Positions 55,354 through 64,000 of a stretch of DNA of 64,000 nucleotides are shown piece by piece. Under the pieces are notes generated by a model that was not told the DNA's origin, made no database searches, and saw nothing but the letters and a program-made list of their open reading frames with translations. Origin of the DNA: a virus; the IMG/VR virus record IMGVR_UViG_3300027861_000010. One strand, 5' to 3'. The translations under genes were made by a program, and so were the position numbers. Every line of letters starts with the position of its first letter. Position 1 is the stretch's first letter.

Positions 55354-58300
55354 ATGGCAAGACGACGCATTATCACCCCTGCAGGTGGTGTCAATCTCAA
55401 CCGCAGGGGAAAAGGTACGATCTCGGCGGCGAACGCTTATCAGAAGCGACTAAATCACTGCCGAACAAGTGATGCAATCTTCCCAGCGAACTCTCCTGGG
55501 CTTCCCCCGTTGCCTCCGAACTCCGCGTTTGTGAGCTACGTGCACGCCCTTGGGGATACCGAGACCGAAGTGTACGAAGAAAATGTGCTGGACGAGGAAG
55601 GTAATAAGAAGAAGGTCAGACGACTGAAGGCTAGTGCTCAGTTGCACGAGTTGATTCGAGATGCTCTGCGTACGCCGAGTTTCATGTTACCTGTGGAGAT
55701 TGGTCCGCACAGAGAGAAGGAAGCGACATTTGTTCCTGGGCATTTGTGGGGAGCAGAAGGGGCGACAGGCCCGCGACAGGCTGACGTTATGATCCTGAAC
55801 AAGATGCCTTGGGTCACTGAGACTCACGAAGAGAGGTGTCTTGCTGGTGAAGAAGGTGAGTTGCTGCTTGAAGCGTTTCGACGCATCAAGGCTAAAGGGA
55901 TCGGTAAGTTCTACATCACTCACCTGGTGAAGTTCATGCCTCCCGATTGGAAGACCAATTTGAAGGCAGCTTGGGTTAAGGACTGCATGCATCTGCTGCA
56001 CCACGAACTTAAGATTGTTCAGCCCAAGTACATTTTGTGTTTGGGTTCTGACGCATGTAAGGCTTTACTTGGGTCGCAGGCCAGCATCACTTCCATGGAA
56101 GGTCGTGTTGAGCCCTTTGAGTACAACGTCGGTTATCTGCCTGAACAGCTCGGTGAGGAGTATACGAAGACTGCTCAGGTCATGGCTGTCATTCACCCAA
56201 AGCAGGTTCTTCGGGATCAGGCAGCGGGGCGGCAGCTTGAACAGGGTGTTGGCCGGTTTGCAGCACTGACACAGGGAGCAGAGGTTGGAGCTTCAGAGAA
56301 GATTGATCACAGACAGATCGACAATCACATTGACCTGTACTGTCTGCTAAAGGAGATCGAGCAGGATCCGACCAAGGAAGACGATGTCATTGCAGTGGAT
56401 GCTGAATGGCATGGCGATCACCCTGTCAATGAAAACGCGTACGTGCGGACTATTCAATTTGCGTGGCATCCGAAAGTGGCTGCCGGAGTCAAGCTGTGCG
56501 AAGCGGGAGGCGAGATCACGAACGGTTTCAAGAACTGGGAAACAAACGGCGGCGGCTTCGCTCCCGCAACCATTGAGTTACTTACAAAGTTCTTCAACGG
56601 TGGCGAGTATCCGGATATTGGTGAGCCTGGTGGTGTAATCAAGTTCCGTAAAAAGCGAGTTGTTGGGCACTTCTTTAATGCTGACCTTGAGTGGTTCGTT
56701 GACGCATTAGGGATCGACCTGAGGCCATCGTTTGCCTGCTCGCTCTTTGATTTCGAGATGAAACCACTTCATAGCATTAAGGGCCGTCGACGTAAATTGA
56801 CCAAACTCTACAAGGATGAAGGCTTTCGGATTGGCGATACTGTGTCAGCCTGGGCTCGGACGAAGCTGGAAGGTGGTGCCGATACTGGTTTGATGGCTCA
56901 CGCTATTGAAGAGACCGCCAGTTACAAGCTGGAAACTTTGGCCATGAGGTACACCACTGCTCCGCGGTACGATGCCGCTTTGGATAAGTGGAAAGAAGCT
57001 TACTGTAAGGAGAAGGGACTTAGCAGTAAGTCAATGGAAGGATATGGCGAGTGTCCTGACGATGTTCTGTTGCCGTACGGTATCTACGATGCTGACGTGA
57101 CTTTGCGGCTCTTCTACGCTCTCGACGTCCTACTGGACGAAGACTACGAGGGTAATGACTGCCGTGAGGCTTTCTGGGAGTCACAGATTGCAACTCCAGC
57201 TGTGTTAGAAATTCATCGAACAGGGATCGCAATTGACAAGGCCCGTGTTGACGTACTCACCACAGCTTTTGAGAATTCACGAAGTCAACTCGAGGATAGC
57301 CTCCGGCAAGCAATTAACTGGCCGGACTTCAACATCCGGTCAACACAGCAGGTGAAGGAGTTCTTGTTTGGCCACAAGCTGAACGGGAAGCTCGACAAAG
57401 AGACGGGGAATCCTGTGAGGATCCGTCCGGAAGGTGCGATGAGCCTGGGTCTCCAGCCTCTGTTTGATACCGGCAAACCACCGAAACAGTGGATTGAGAT
57501 CAAGAAGGCAAGGAAGGAGCACGAGCATTCACCTTCAACCAACAAGCAGGTGCTTTCCATCCTGGGTCGAGAGACTGCCGAGGAGCACAAATGTAAGTTG
57601 GTCAACATGGTGAGGGATTACCGGTTCCTTGATCAAGTGCTGAAGACAGTGCTGCGTCCAGCTCGACGCGACGATGAGAACAACAATGCTAAAATCGTCG
57701 ACGATGATGGGCACTTCACTTACGAAGATGGTCTGGCGTCCATGGCTTGCGATGACGGCAAGGTGCGGACACACATTTACCAGACCAAGGAAACTGGTCG
57801 CTGGTCGAGTGCTCGACCTAACCTGCAGAATATCTCGAAGCAGCGTGACCCTGATTACAAGCGTTTGCTGGGTGAGTCCTACAAGTACAGTCTTCGGAGT
57901 GTGCTGAAGGCTTCACCTGGGCATGTGCTGGTTGAGGCGGATTACGTTGGTGCTGAGTTGTTCGGTATGGCTGTGATGGCTGGCGATCAAAACATGATTC
58001 AGCACGCGATGCGAAATCAGCTGCCGGAAGATCACTCTGACTTCTACGACATCCACAGTAATGTGGCCGTCTTCGCTTTCAAGCTGAAATGCCCTCCAAC
58101 CAAGAGCGGGCTGGCTTCGATCGGTAAGAAGCATATTCGTATCGTTGCGAAGTCTGTGATCTTTGGTATCGCCTACGGTCGAGGGGCCAAAGCGATTGCC
58201 GTGGCAGCAAAAGAGCAGGGAATCGACATTACGGTCGATGAAGCTCAAGCTGTGATTGATGCGATTTTCCAGATGTACCCAATGCTTCAGCCGTTCTTTC

Positions 58301-58968
58301 AAGAGTGTCAGGAGCGAGCAACTGGTAAGTACCTTGATCCGGAAACAGGTCAGCCGCTTGGAGCGAATTACCTGTGCAACTGTTATGGTCGCTTTCGTCG
58401 TTTTCCAGATTCCGGTGGCGACAATAGTCTGGCGGCGGAGTTCGAGCGTCAAGCTATGAACTTCCCAATCCAGTCAATGATTGCTTCGGCGGTCAGTCGA
58501 GCCATCGCGTACGTTCACGACTACAAGCTGCGGCAACTGAAACGCGGGCACGATATGTTCCGTATTCTGTTGCAGATCCATGACGCCATCCTGCTTGAAG
58601 TGCCTTACAAGTACGTCAAGCATGTTTGTGAGTACGTCTTGCCGACATATATGCGGGAAGCTGTGCCGATCTATCCGACCAACTTGGACGGTATTCCGTC
58701 AGGGGATGGTCCGTATACGCTGGGTATTGAGGCCGACGTGATGAATCACTGGGGCGAATTGCTCACGTACAATGAAGCGACGAAGCATGGATTGCCGACC
58801 GGAAGCGGTAAGGTTACTGGTTGCGTGGTTAACTATAGCCACGCGAAAGAGATAACCAAGCCGATCCGTAAACAACGTTCGGTGGCGAAAGCCAGCAAGG
58901 CACGCTCTCAGCGTGACTTGAAAGCCGAGTCATACCCGTTTAACAAAAAGAAAAAGCGGAGGAAGTAG
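55354..58968 (+). CDS. polA: Family A DNA polymerase with N-terminal UDG family 4-like domain and 3'-5' exonuclease
   Basis: UDG-like: FYITHLVKF.PP, ELKIVQPKYILCLG, IHP..VLR; exonuclease: AVDAEW, HFFNADL, YDAD; polymerase: TGRWSS..PNLQNI, EADYVGAEL, AKSVIFGIAYG, NFPIQS, QIHDAI. Confidence 0.93.
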   Translation: MARRRIITPAGGVNLNRRGKGTISAANAYQKRLNHCRTSDAIFPANSPGLPPLPPNSAFVSYVHALGDTETEVYEENVLDEEGNKKKVRRLKASAQLHELIRDALRTPSFMLPVEIGPHREKEATFVPGHLWGAEGATGPRQADVMILNKMPWVTETHEERCLAGEEGELLLEAFRRIKAKGIGKFYITHLVKFMPPDWKTNLKAAWVKDCMHLLHHELKIVQPKYILCLGSDACKALLGSQASITSMEGRVEPFEYNVGYLPEQLGEEYTKTAQVMAVIHPKQVLRDQAAGRQLEQGVGRFAALTQGAEVGASEKIDHRQIDNHIDLYCLLKEIEQDPTKEDDVIAVDAEWHGDHPVNENAYVRTIQFAWHPKVAAGVKLCEAGGEITNGFKNWETNGGGFAPATIELLTKFFNGGEYPDIGEPGGVIKFRKKRVVGHFFNADLEWFVDALGIDLRPSFACSLFDFEMKPLHSIKGRRRKLTKLYKDEGFRIGDTVSAWARTKLEGGADTGLMAHAIEETASYKLETLAMRYTTAPRYDAALDKWKEAYCKEKGLSSKSMEGYGECPDDVLLPYGIYDADVTLRLFYALDVLLDEDYEGNDCREAFWESQIATPAVLEIHRTGIAIDKARVDVLTTAFENSRSQLEDSLRQAINWPDFNIRSTQQVKEFLFGHKLNGKLDKETGNPVRIRPEGAMSLGLQPLFDTGKPPKQWIEIKKARKEHEHSPSTNKQVLSILGRETAEEHKCKLVNMVRDYRFLDQVLKTVLRPARRDDENNNAKIVDDDGHFTYEDGLASMACDDGKVRTHIYQTKETGRWSSARPNLQNISKQRDPDYKRLLGESYKYSLRSVLKASPGHVLVEADYVGAELFGMAVMAGDQNMIQHAMRNQLPEDHSDFYDIHSNVAVFAFKLKCPPTKSGLASIGKKHIRIVAKSVIFGIAYGRGAKAIAVAAKEQGIDITVDEAQAVIDAIFQMYPMLQPFFQECQERATGKYLDPETGQPLGANYLCNCYGRFRRFPDSGGDNSLAAEFERQAMNFPIQSMIASAVSRAIAYVHDYKLRQLKRGHDMFRILLQIHDAILLEVPYKYVKHVCEYVLPTYMREAVPIYPTNLDGIPSGDGPYTLGIEADVMNHWGELLTYNEATKHGLPTGSGKVTGCVVNYSHAKEITKPIRKQRSVAKASKARSQRDLKAESYPFNKKKKRRK

Positions 58969-58971
58969 CTC

Positions 58972-59652
58972 ATGTTTGTAGCCATAGAAGGGATTGATGG
59001 CTCAGGAAAAGGGACTGTCACCAAGGCATTGTACGATCAACTGACCGAAGAGGGTTCAAAGGTTGACGCGTTGAGCTTCCCGCGTTACGGGGAAACCCTG
59101 TATGGGAAGCTTGTCGGTCGTTACCTCAACGGCGAGTTCGGAGACAACACGCATCCGTATTTACATGGAACGCTGTATTCGCTGGACCGGTTTGAATCGA
59201 AGCCATTCCTTGAGTCGGCAATCTCGTACAACGACGTGGTGTTGTGTGATCGCTACATCCCGTCAAACCTTTGTTACTCGGCCTTGAAGGCAGGAGAAGG
59301 AGAAAGAGATGAAGTCGTTGAACACTTCGTAAAACTTGAATACGAGATCATGAAAATGCCAGTCCCTGACGTCATTTTCTTTCTCGATGTACCGGTGAAA
59401 TTTGCCGTGCAGAACATTGCCAAGAAGGCGGCTCGGGAGTATACTGATCGCACCGCTGATATTCACGAAGCGGATGATGAATACCTGAGCCAAGTGAGAG
59501 CTTTTTACGCGTCGACGCTGATGAAATTTCATCCGCAGACTCGCTTTGAAGCTGTAAAATGTGAGCGTAATGGGCACCTAATCCCGATCGAAAAGGTCGT
59601 GGAGAAAGTGCATACACTGTTGTCAACAATGATGAAAGGTAAGAACGAATGA
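58972..59652 (+). CDS. tmk: Thymidylate kinase
   Basis: FVAIEGIDGSGKGT, FPRY, VLCDRY..SN, PDVIFFLDVP. Confidence 0.92.
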   Translation: MFVAIEGIDGSGKGTVTKALYDQLTEEGSKVDALSFPRYGETLYGKLVGRYLNGEFGDNTHPYLHGTLYSLDRFESKPFLESAISYNDVVLCDRYIPSNLCYSALKAGEGERDEVVEHFVKLEYEIMKMPVPDVIFFLDVPVKFAVQNIAKKAAREYTDRTADIHEADDEYLSQVRAFYASTLMKFHPQTRFEAVKCERNGHLIPIEKVVEKVHTLLSTMMKGKNE

Positions 59653-61568
59653 GTCGAAAGAAGCGATCTCTCAAACCACGAACCCGTGAGTCCGTGGAAA
59701 ACCGTCAGCTCGATGCTGATGCTGATGGTGGTCGGTCCCTGACCCCACGCGGCGATCACAGCATCAACCCGAACGTCAATAACGTTCGACTCGACAAGTT
59801 GCGGTGCTACAAGAAGGGCAAGTCTGTCATCCGCGTTTGGAACATGCTTGATCCGGAAAATCCCGGTGAAGCCCTGTTGAATGGTCGGTTGTCGGCCATT
59901 GATCTGGCAGGTCTTGGAGGCATGTCGATCTCGGAACCTGCTTTGTGCGTCCAGTACGCAGGCGTCCATAAGGACTCTGGTTCTTTCCTGGGTAATGACG
60001 ACGTCGAGCAGTGCAGCTACATCATCGCACGCTCGAAGGGAAGCTCCTACGAAGGGGTGAACTTCTGGGATCTACCGTACCCCAAGCTGTATGTCATGGC
60101 GAAGAAGGCTCGAGACTCGGGCGAGTTTGGCCACGGCGGTGCTTGGAATCCGAAGTGGAACGCTCTCATGTCGGGTCAGATGCCTGCTTTGGGTTCGTTC
60201 AAGCAGCGGTACTTCGTTGTCTGTTCGGTCCTTGAGAACGGCCCTAACCTGGACTTGGTGCGGGAACGTGTTGAGTACCGAAAGGACGGCAAGGACGTTG
60301 CCGAAGAGTACAAGCGGGAAGGCATTCCGCTTGGTGACAAGGCAGACGATCCTGTGATGATCTTGCAGTTGCCGGTTTCGGCAGGGCGTAAGTTGTTGCA
60401 GTTGTGCTGCATGGAGAAGCAGGATTACAACGGCAATCCTGATGTCAATCCGTCGGTGATGTTCAAGTACGGCGATCCGTGCGGGAAGTTCGATCCTGCG
60501 ACCCAGACGGTCAAAGGCGGCGTTTTCTTTACGCTGTACAACCCTGAAAAGGTGACGATCGACAAGCACACCACGTTCCAGGGTGTCACCAATCCTCAGG
60601 TTGTCGAGTACGAAGCTGCTGTAACGGCTAAACACTCAGGCCCCAAGGGGCCTATCAGTGCAAGCCTCGGTGCCGAACAGGTCGACAACATCTTCAATAA
60701 GCATTTGTTCTTGTGGAAGGACAGCGACGAGGATCCGAAGGATTCGTACTTGCTGCACGAGCCCTCAATTGAAGAACGTTGTGTTCTCCTGGCCCGTGCG
60801 TTCAAGCAGGTTCCGAAGTTGTTGGAATTCTGTTGGATGTCGCAACCGGAGTACATCCAGTTCGATGCAGTGCAGGCGATTCTGAAGAACCGCACAACCA
60901 GTGTCGGAAGCGGTGTGGCTAAGCCAAGTCTGGAAGAGGACGAAGAAGAAGCTCCGTTCGATACCGAGGAGGACGAGGTTCCCACAAGCAAGGCGGCTAA
61001 GAAGTCCGCAGAAGAGTTGGTTGATGAGTTCGACGATGAGTTCGACGAGGACGAATTGAAGGATGGCGACGAAGTCGAAGCCTCTGGCGACGAAGTCGAA
61101 GCCTCTGGCGACGAAGTCGAAGCCTCTGACGACGATGACGAGTTCAGCGACGAGGACGAGGACGAGGAGTTCGAGGAAGGGGACGACGAAGACGAAGAAG
61201 AAACTGACGCTGAGGCGTTGGATGAATCTGAGTTGGTTGACGAAGCCGAAGACGAATTCGCGGACGATGACGGGGATGACGGGGATGACGGGGATGACGA
61301 CGACGACAGCGACGACGACGATGACGAAGAAGAAGAGGCTAATGCGGTCTCCGAGGACTTCGATGAATTCGACGATGAAGCTGAAGCGGAGCCTGAATTG
61401 GAAGAGCAGTTGAACCAGAGCCTGGCAAAGGCGAAGGCGGTTGCCCGAAGCAAGAAGCGAGTTTCCAAGAAGACGACGAAAGCTGCTCCGAAGGCGTCTA
61501 CCAAGAAGAAGTCCACCAAGAAGAAGTCCACCAAGAAGAAGTCCACCAAGAAGACTGCTTCTAAGTAG
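59649..61568 (+). CDS. Putative ssDNA-binding/recombination protein with long acidic tract and Lys-rich tail
   Basis: Globular ~430-aa N-terminus, then a D/E tract and KKST repeats; lies between tmk and recA; function inferred only. Confidence 0.6.
   Translation: MSRKKRSLKPRTRESVENRQLDADADGGRSLTPRGDHSINPNVNNVRLDKLRCYKKGKSVIRVWNMLDPENPGEALLNGRLSAIDLAGLGGMSISEPALCVQYAGVHKDSGSFLGNDDVEQCSYIIARSKGSSYEGVNFWDLPYPKLYVMAKKARDSGEFGHGGAWNPKWNALMSGQMPALGSFKQRYFVVCSVLENGPNLDLVRERVEYRKDGKDVAEEYKREGIPLGDKADDPVMILQLPVSAGRKLLQLCCMEKQDYNGNPDVNPSVMFKYGDPCGKFDPATQTVKGGVFFTLYNPEKVTIDKHTTFQGVTNPQVVEYEAAVTAKHSGPKGPISASLGAEQVDNIFNKHLFLWKDSDEDPKDSYLLHEPSIEERCVLLARAFKQVPKLLEFCWMSQPEYIQFDAVQAILKNRTTSVGSGVAKPSLEEDEEEAPFDTEEDEVPTSKAAKKSAEELVDEFDDEFDEDELKDGDEVEASGDEVEASGDEVEASDDDDEFSDEDEDEEFEEGDDEDEEETDAEALDESELVDEAEDEFADDDGDDGDDGDDDDDSDDDDDEEEEANAVSEDFDEFDDEAEAEPELEEQLNQSLAKAKAVARSKKRVSKKTTKAAPKASTKKKSTKKKSTKKKSTKKTASK
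61065..61127 (+). repeat. 21-bp tandem repeat x3 (GDEVEAS)
   Basis: GGCGACGAAGTCGAAGCCTCT at 61065, 61086, 61107. Confidence 0.95.
61500..61554 (+). repeat. 15-bp tandem repeat x3.6 (TKKKS)
   Basis: ACCAAGAAGAAGTCC repeats. Confidence 0.9.
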
Positions 61569-61581
61569 TGAATTGTCACAG

Positions 61582-61625
61582 CGGGGCCGGGGAGTGAGGA
61601 AACTCAGTCCCGGTCCCGTTTTTTT
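61582..61625 (+). terminator. Rho-independent terminator
   Basis: CGGGGCCGGGG.GTGAG-GAAA-CTCA..CCCGGTCCCG followed by a T7 tract. Confidence 0.8.
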
Positions 61626-61644
61626 GTTTAATCAGGAGGTTAAG

Positions 61645-63147
61645 TTGGTAGATACACCAGAGTCTGACGATGTCTTCGACGAGTTCGACGAGTTCGACGA
61701 TATCTTGGAGCCACCTGCTGCCCCCGCACCTAAGAAGGCACCTAAGAAGGCAGCAAAGAAGAAAGCGGTCAAGAAAAAAGCTCCAACAAAGAAGACCGTG
61801 AAGAAAAAACCAGCAGCCGAGGTTGCGGACTCTAAGAAGCCAGCCAAGAAACGGGTTGGTAATCTCGGAGATAATCGCAAGCTTACTGTTAAAGGAAAGA
61901 AGTCTCTGCGTTCCAGGTGGAGTGTTGAGAACCGCGGTAAGTCTCGAGACGGGTTGATGAGTGGGCTGGTAAATGCCGCTCGTGACAAGTTCGGGGCTGA
62001 TCGTGTTTTTGGTTCCCGCGAGGAGCTCGGACAACTGGCAATCGGCATCCCCACTCCGTCGTTGTCGTTCGAGTACCTGGTAGCCAACGACATCTTCCCA
62101 TTGTCGTCAGTTATGATGCTGGCAGGCAGCTGGGGTAGTTGTAAGTCTGCGTTGTCGTATGAATTCTTCCGGTGGTTCTACGAGCTGTCCGGATTGGCAG
62201 TTCACATCGACACTGAAGACAAGTTTGATGCGGATTTCGCTTGCGACATCATGCGGGTTCCACACGAAGAGACGCCGATCATCTCGAACCGAGCCAATTC
62301 GGTTGAGCAGATGCAGCAAATTCTGACACATTACGTTAAGGAGCTGCAGAAGATTCTGATCGGCAATAAAGAGAATCCAGGGCCAGGGAAGATTGTTCCT
62401 TGTGTGCTGGCTATCGACAGTCTGGCCGGGGCGACATCAACCGAGATTCAGGAAAAGATCCTGAAAGACGGCAACGCAAACCGGACTCACCCCGTCAACG
62501 CGTTGAAGAACACGATCTACTTAAGCGGCATCAAGAAGCAATTCGAGAACTGGCCGTTTACCTTATTGGTCGTGAATCACATGAAGGAGAAAACTGATGA
62601 CATGGGTAACACCCACCAATACACATTGGGTGGTCAGGCTTTCAACTTCCACGAGTCGTTCGAGTTGCGGAACTCGATCTGGAAATCGAAATTTAAGAAC
62701 GCACAGTTCGAGGGTATCGGTATTCGGATCCACTGCTCCAAGAACTCGTTCGGCCCCACGGGTCGCCGCATCAAGACTCGATTCCTTTGGTGGATTGAGG
62801 ATGATCCGGAGACAGGTGAGCCTCGTGATGTGTTTCTGTGGGATTGGAACTGGTCGCTCTGCACCCTGTTGAACGAAATGGATGGCATCCAGAAACAGCG
62901 ATTGAAAGATCGTGATCTGGTCATCAAGTGCAAGTCTCCTCAAGCTGACATCGAGTGCTTGGCCAACTTTCGGGCAATTGGAATGGGCAAGGATGAATAC
63001 CTGCCATTCCAGGAAGTCGGTCAGTTGATCCAGGATAACGAAGAAGTCTGCGAGAGAATTCGTGATGCCCTGAATATCAAACGGCGATACCATTTGGATC
63101 GCCCATACGATGAAATCATCCAGGGACACTTGGAGAACTCAGAATGA
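61645..63147 (+). CDS. recA: RecA/UvsX-like recombinase with histone-H1-like N-terminal extension
   Basis: AGGAGGT RBS; GIPTP, Walker A GSWGSCKS, HIDTE, AIDSLA, VVNHM, GGQAFNFHES, SKNSFGP. Confidence 0.85.
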   Translation: MVDTPESDDVFDEFDEFDDILEPPAAPAPKKAPKKAAKKKAVKKKAPTKKTVKKKPAAEVADSKKPAKKRVGNLGDNRKLTVKGKKSLRSRWSVENRGKSRDGLMSGLVNAARDKFGADRVFGSREELGQLAIGIPTPSLSFEYLVANDIFPLSSVMMLAGSWGSCKSALSYEFFRWFYELSGLAVHIDTEDKFDADFACDIMRVPHEETPIISNRANSVEQMQQILTHYVKELQKILIGNKENPGPGKIVPCVLAIDSLAGATSTEIQEKILKDGNANRTHPVNALKNTIYLSGIKKQFENWPFTLLVVNHMKEKTDDMGNTHQYTLGGQAFNFHESFELRNSIWKSKFKNAQFEGIGIRIHCSKNSFGPTGRRIKTRFLWWIEDDPETGEPRDVFLWDWNWSLCTLLNEMDGIQKQRLKDRDLVIKCKSPQADIECLANFRAIGMGKDEYLPFQEVGQLIQDNEEVCERIRDALNIKRRYHLDRPYDEIIQGHLENSE

Positions 63148-63695
63148 GTGGAACTAATCCGCTGAATCCGCTGCTCGGCAAGATCGAAAAGTTCGAGCAG
63201 TCCGATGAGCAGGTTCGACAATGGGTGTCGTCCCGAGTAGAGTGGACCCTAAGGAGGTTGAAGTTCGAGACCCAAAGAAAGGAGATCCTTTCGGAGGCTG
63301 TCGGAGGTTTGTATACTTTTGAGGCGTTCAACCGTGTGGTTGATTTTCCAATGACCCTGTTCGGCGAGCCCCTGAAAGAAGAGCCGCCGATACACAGGGA
63401 CGCGAGGTCAATTCACCCACTTTGGTTCAAGGCGTTTATCGGACTGCCGTTCATGCGGTACTATGAAGAGGAGTTTTCAACGTTCAATGCTGCGAATCCA
63501 GAAAGGCCGCTCGGTATGGTCTTTCCCCGAAAAGGATTCTCGCAAGGGTTGATTGTTCACAATGGCGACTGGGACTTGTTCGTTCCGCCGCAGTCCAGCT
63601 GCCACATATTCAAAGGCGGAAAAAAGCACTCAATGAACCTGCTCGTCCAGCCATACACGGGTTTCATTGACCACGTCAGAAAAACCCTCGTGTGA
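63144..63695 (+). CDS. Hypothetical protein
   Basis: ATGA overlap; 183 aa. Confidence 0.65.
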   Translation: MSGTNPLNPLLGKIEKFEQSDEQVRQWVSSRVEWTLRRLKFETQRKEILSEAVGGLYTFEAFNRVVDFPMTLFGEPLKEEPPIHRDARSIHPLWFKAFIGLPFMRYYEEEFSTFNAANPERPLGMVFPRKGFSQGLIVHNGDWDLFVPPQSSCHIFKGGKKHSMNLLVQPYTGFIDHVRKTLV

Positions 63696-63732
63696 GGGCT
63701 GACTTAAATTCCAGATTTTAGAAGAAGGGAAA

Positions 63733-64000
63733 ATGATGGCTGTATCAAATGAATTGACCGTCCAGCAACGAGAAGTGATCTTCGAGGACATGGATCAGGT
63801 CACACAGGAAGCAGCCACGGACGGTGCTAAAAAGCTTCAAGCAGGTTTCCAGGTCGCACTCCTGATCCAGTACGACCTTGGGACGATCGTGAACCGAATC
63901 TTCGAGGCTGAGCATCTCAACGAGACTCAGCAGAAGCAGGAGGTGAAGAAACTGGCAGCGTACTGGAACCAGGATAAACTGGGGCCGACTACGTTGTACG
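63733..64000 (+). CDS. Hypothetical protein (partial, runs off the window)
   Basis: AAGGG RBS and ATG at 63733; open to the window end. Confidence 0.6.
   Translation, partial: MMAVSNELTVQQREVIFEDMDQVTQEAATDGAKKLQAGFQVALLIQYDLGTIVNRIFEAEHLNETQQKQEVKKLAAYWNQDKLGPTTLY

Noticed and set aside
55354-58968. Intein or intron explaining the 1204-aa PolA
   Set aside because: No C/S...HN splice motifs, no LAGLIDADG blocks and no frame break; the length is explained by the UDG-like domain and small insertions.
60596-61579. 327-aa Ser-rich ORF on the minus strand
   Set aside because: Antisense shadow of the GAC/GAA-rich acidic tract on the + strand.
1-64000. Alternative genetic code (stop-codon reassignment)
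   Set aside because: Long conserved genes are uninterrupted under code 11, and TAA, TAG and TGA all end genes at overlap junctions.

Overview
This window is part of a large lytic dsDNA phage genome; a Planctomycetota-like host is inferred from the CsrA, RpoA-CTD-like and secreted Cys-rich genes, not shown. Genes are densely packed and almost all on the + strand. Layout: CsrA and a DUF1257/DUF2997/Ycf46-like AAA cluster (1-7.9 kb); two islands of small hypothetical genes (8-19.5 kb and 27-38 kb); a reverse-strand GpA-type terminase large subunit; RNase H, two 2OG-Fe(II) oxygenases, dCTP deaminase, GT2 and methyltransferases; and a replication/recombination block (Mre11/Rad50, SF2 helicase, DnaB-like helicase, primase, UDG-fused PolA, Tmk, acidic SSB-like protein, RecA; 44.7-63.1 kb). 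The standout is 13643-14914: a solo RAMP/Cas7-like gene followed by a non-coding array of six tracts of strictly phased 5-nt GGY-NN units, separated by five copies of a 13-bp GAAA-capped hairpin. This looks like an RNA-guided system with a non-contiguous dinucleotide code and matches my recollection of the recently described phage VIPR systems (not verified by any search). Also notable: a second array-less RAMP-like gene beside an IS110/Nop-like protein and the SF2 helicase; a perfect 66-bp inverted repeat containing 34-bp palindromes at 39.4-39.7 kb; and a related inserted segment in the AAA ATPase and a downstream gene. Family calls come from motifs recognised by eye; no database searches were run.
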